A stretch of DNA of 64,000 nt from Takakia lepidozioides (lineage: Eukaryota; Plantae; Bryophyta): contig CM060732.1 in NCBI GenBank assembly GCA_030704615.1, positions 31,310,001-31,374,000 of the forward strand. The letters are read 5' to 3'. The stretch's first letter is position 1, and each line of letters starts with the position of its first letter. Of this stretch, positions 62,264 through 64,000 are shown in pieces. The translations under genes and the position numbers were made by a program. Under the pieces are notes generated by a model that was not told the DNA's origin, made no database searches, and saw only the letters and a program-made list of their open reading frames with translations.

Positions 62264-63211
62264 TTATTTCAAAAAAGGATGTCGGTGCATTACAAATGGA
62301 TGTATGAACGTTTATCGAAAATAAAGTTTTGTTTTAATTATAATAAATGATGACAACCTACAATTTTGTCGGTACATACCAATAAATAATATATGTGATT
62401 TATAAATATAATAACCAAAGTTGATACATTTATTATAGTAGTTCATATTTTTTCTATTTCCTTTAGGAAATATTCTTTGCTTTTAGAGTTTTCAAGTCTC
62501 TCACGATCTCGCTTAGTTTCTTCCAACATTTCTATACATCTTTCACAGTTTTTGACAATGTTGCCTATAGTCCAACTCTCTTAATTAATTACAATAGAAA
62601 GAAAAAAATAGATTGAAATACTTAGAATTAGATTGTTACATGTCCAACTCCGCTGCCTCCACGAAAACCCTTCGAAACAGAATCCAAACCTCCAAGGCTC
62701 ATCTGAGATGTGAATTCTTCACCAACACTCACATCTCCGGTGAGATTCAACATGGCCATGTCCGATAAGCCAGAAGTTGAGGGACATGGGAACTCCTCGC
62801 TTGGAGAGAAAACCAGGTGAGTGCTTTGCACTAGATGTTGGCAGTCATAAATCAAATTGTTGCGTCAAAATTTGTCCTCCATATTAATTCCATCTCAATT
62901 CCCCCATCTTTACACACCATGCTCCCACCTGTAGCCCCTCATCTGACCTCTCCACAAATTCCTCTCCCCCTCCCAGACCTGCACTCGGTATGACAATATA
63001 ACAGACCTGGCCCAACGTATGACAAGCGGCAACTTCTCAAACTTTGCACCCATGATGTCCAAATCATATTCATCTACATATGACTTTGAGAAGTGTCTGA
63101 ACCTATGTAGATAATCAATGAGGACAACGGTCTCTTACACATTCCAGGTAATAGTTTGATGGGTCTGGAGTCCGAGACGGAGTTGATTTCGGGAATGTTG
63201 GAGGGTTTGCA

Positions 63212-63998
63212 ATATAACAACTTGGTTGCACAAATGGTTGACAGGTTGAGCCTTATTTTCCGTATTGATCAGAAGCTAACGTTTGCGTTTCACTGGCGAA
63301 ACCCAACTGTTGGGTGGTTATTGGATATTTTACAAACAATATTTTAGCATATGTTTGTAACAATTCATATATTGGGGTTCTAATGCCACATTGTTTACGT
63401 TCACTGACCTTTGAGTTCCAACAAATATATTTGTGGGTATTTGTGCTAACGTGAGTTAAGCTTTGGACGATTAGCTATAGATTGGATAGAAGAATTAAAG
63501 ATCTTGATTGGGAAGGACGTAGATCTTGTAGAACTTACTTCAAGTTTCCATGCACCTCCCAAGAGTGGTCATATTTTCCAAACTTTCGGTCTTCAACCAG
63601 AGTGTCTCCGAGAGTAATATATTTGTCCCCCTTCCGAATAGTAAGCATATTGTCTTCGAAACTTGAAATAAGTTCTACAATATCTATGTCATTCCCAATC
63701 AAGATCTTTAAATCTTCCATCCAATCTATAACTAATCGTCCAAAGTTTAACTCACGTTAGCATAAATACCCACAAAATATATCTACCGGAACTCAAAAGG
63801 TCAGTGAACGTAAACAATGTGGCATTAAAACCCCAATATATGAATTGTTGCAAACATATGCTAAAACATTGTGTGTAGAATATCCCCAATAACCACCCTA
63901 CAGTTGGGTTTGGCCAATGAAACGCAAACATTAGCTTATTATCAATACGGAAAATAAGGCACAACATGTCAACCATTTGTGCAGCCAAATTGTTATAT
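63212..63998. repeat. Long inverted repeat (arms ~300 bp: 63212-63514 and 63692-63998; spacer ~177 bp), may extend beyond the window
   Basis: The arms are diverged reverse complements; ORFs 63156(+) and 63988(-) give near-identical peptides (AQMVD-L-LIFRID-KL-FAFHW-NPTVGWLL). Confidence 0.92.
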
Positions 63999-64000
63999 GG

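Overview
Nuclear DNA of a land plant, probably a non-seed lineage (inferred from spliceosomal introns, plant-type genes and TTTAGGG motifs). Host genes: the 3' exons of a membralin-like gene, a three-exon mTERF6-like gene, a four-exon unknown gene, UDP-glycosyltransferase remnants and a CAMTA with an intronless CDS. About 27 kb (9.8-36.5 kb) is a nest of mobile elements inside one degenerate L1/Tx1-type LINE. The most unusual object is a Gypsy-type retroelement at 10155-19672 encoding Gag, protease, a C5 cytosine methyltransferase and a PHD finger. Its LTRs are circularly permuted (A-internal-B-gc-A-ctat-B). It retains an apparent unprocessed LTR-LTR junction and has a Tf1-like self-priming site. 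Its integrated ends (TGTC...GACA, 4-bp TSD ATGT) match a palindrome inside the LTR (GACA-GC-TGTC), which suggests integration from a 2-LTR circle at an internal att site. Next to it, a 10.6-kb SWIM-type DNA transposon carries a spliced ParB-like plus N6/N4 DNA-methyltransferase gene and a tandem array of 40-bp palindromes. An mTERF intron holds about 1.5 kb of DNA with prokaryote-style expression signals. All calls were made by eye; no database searches were run.
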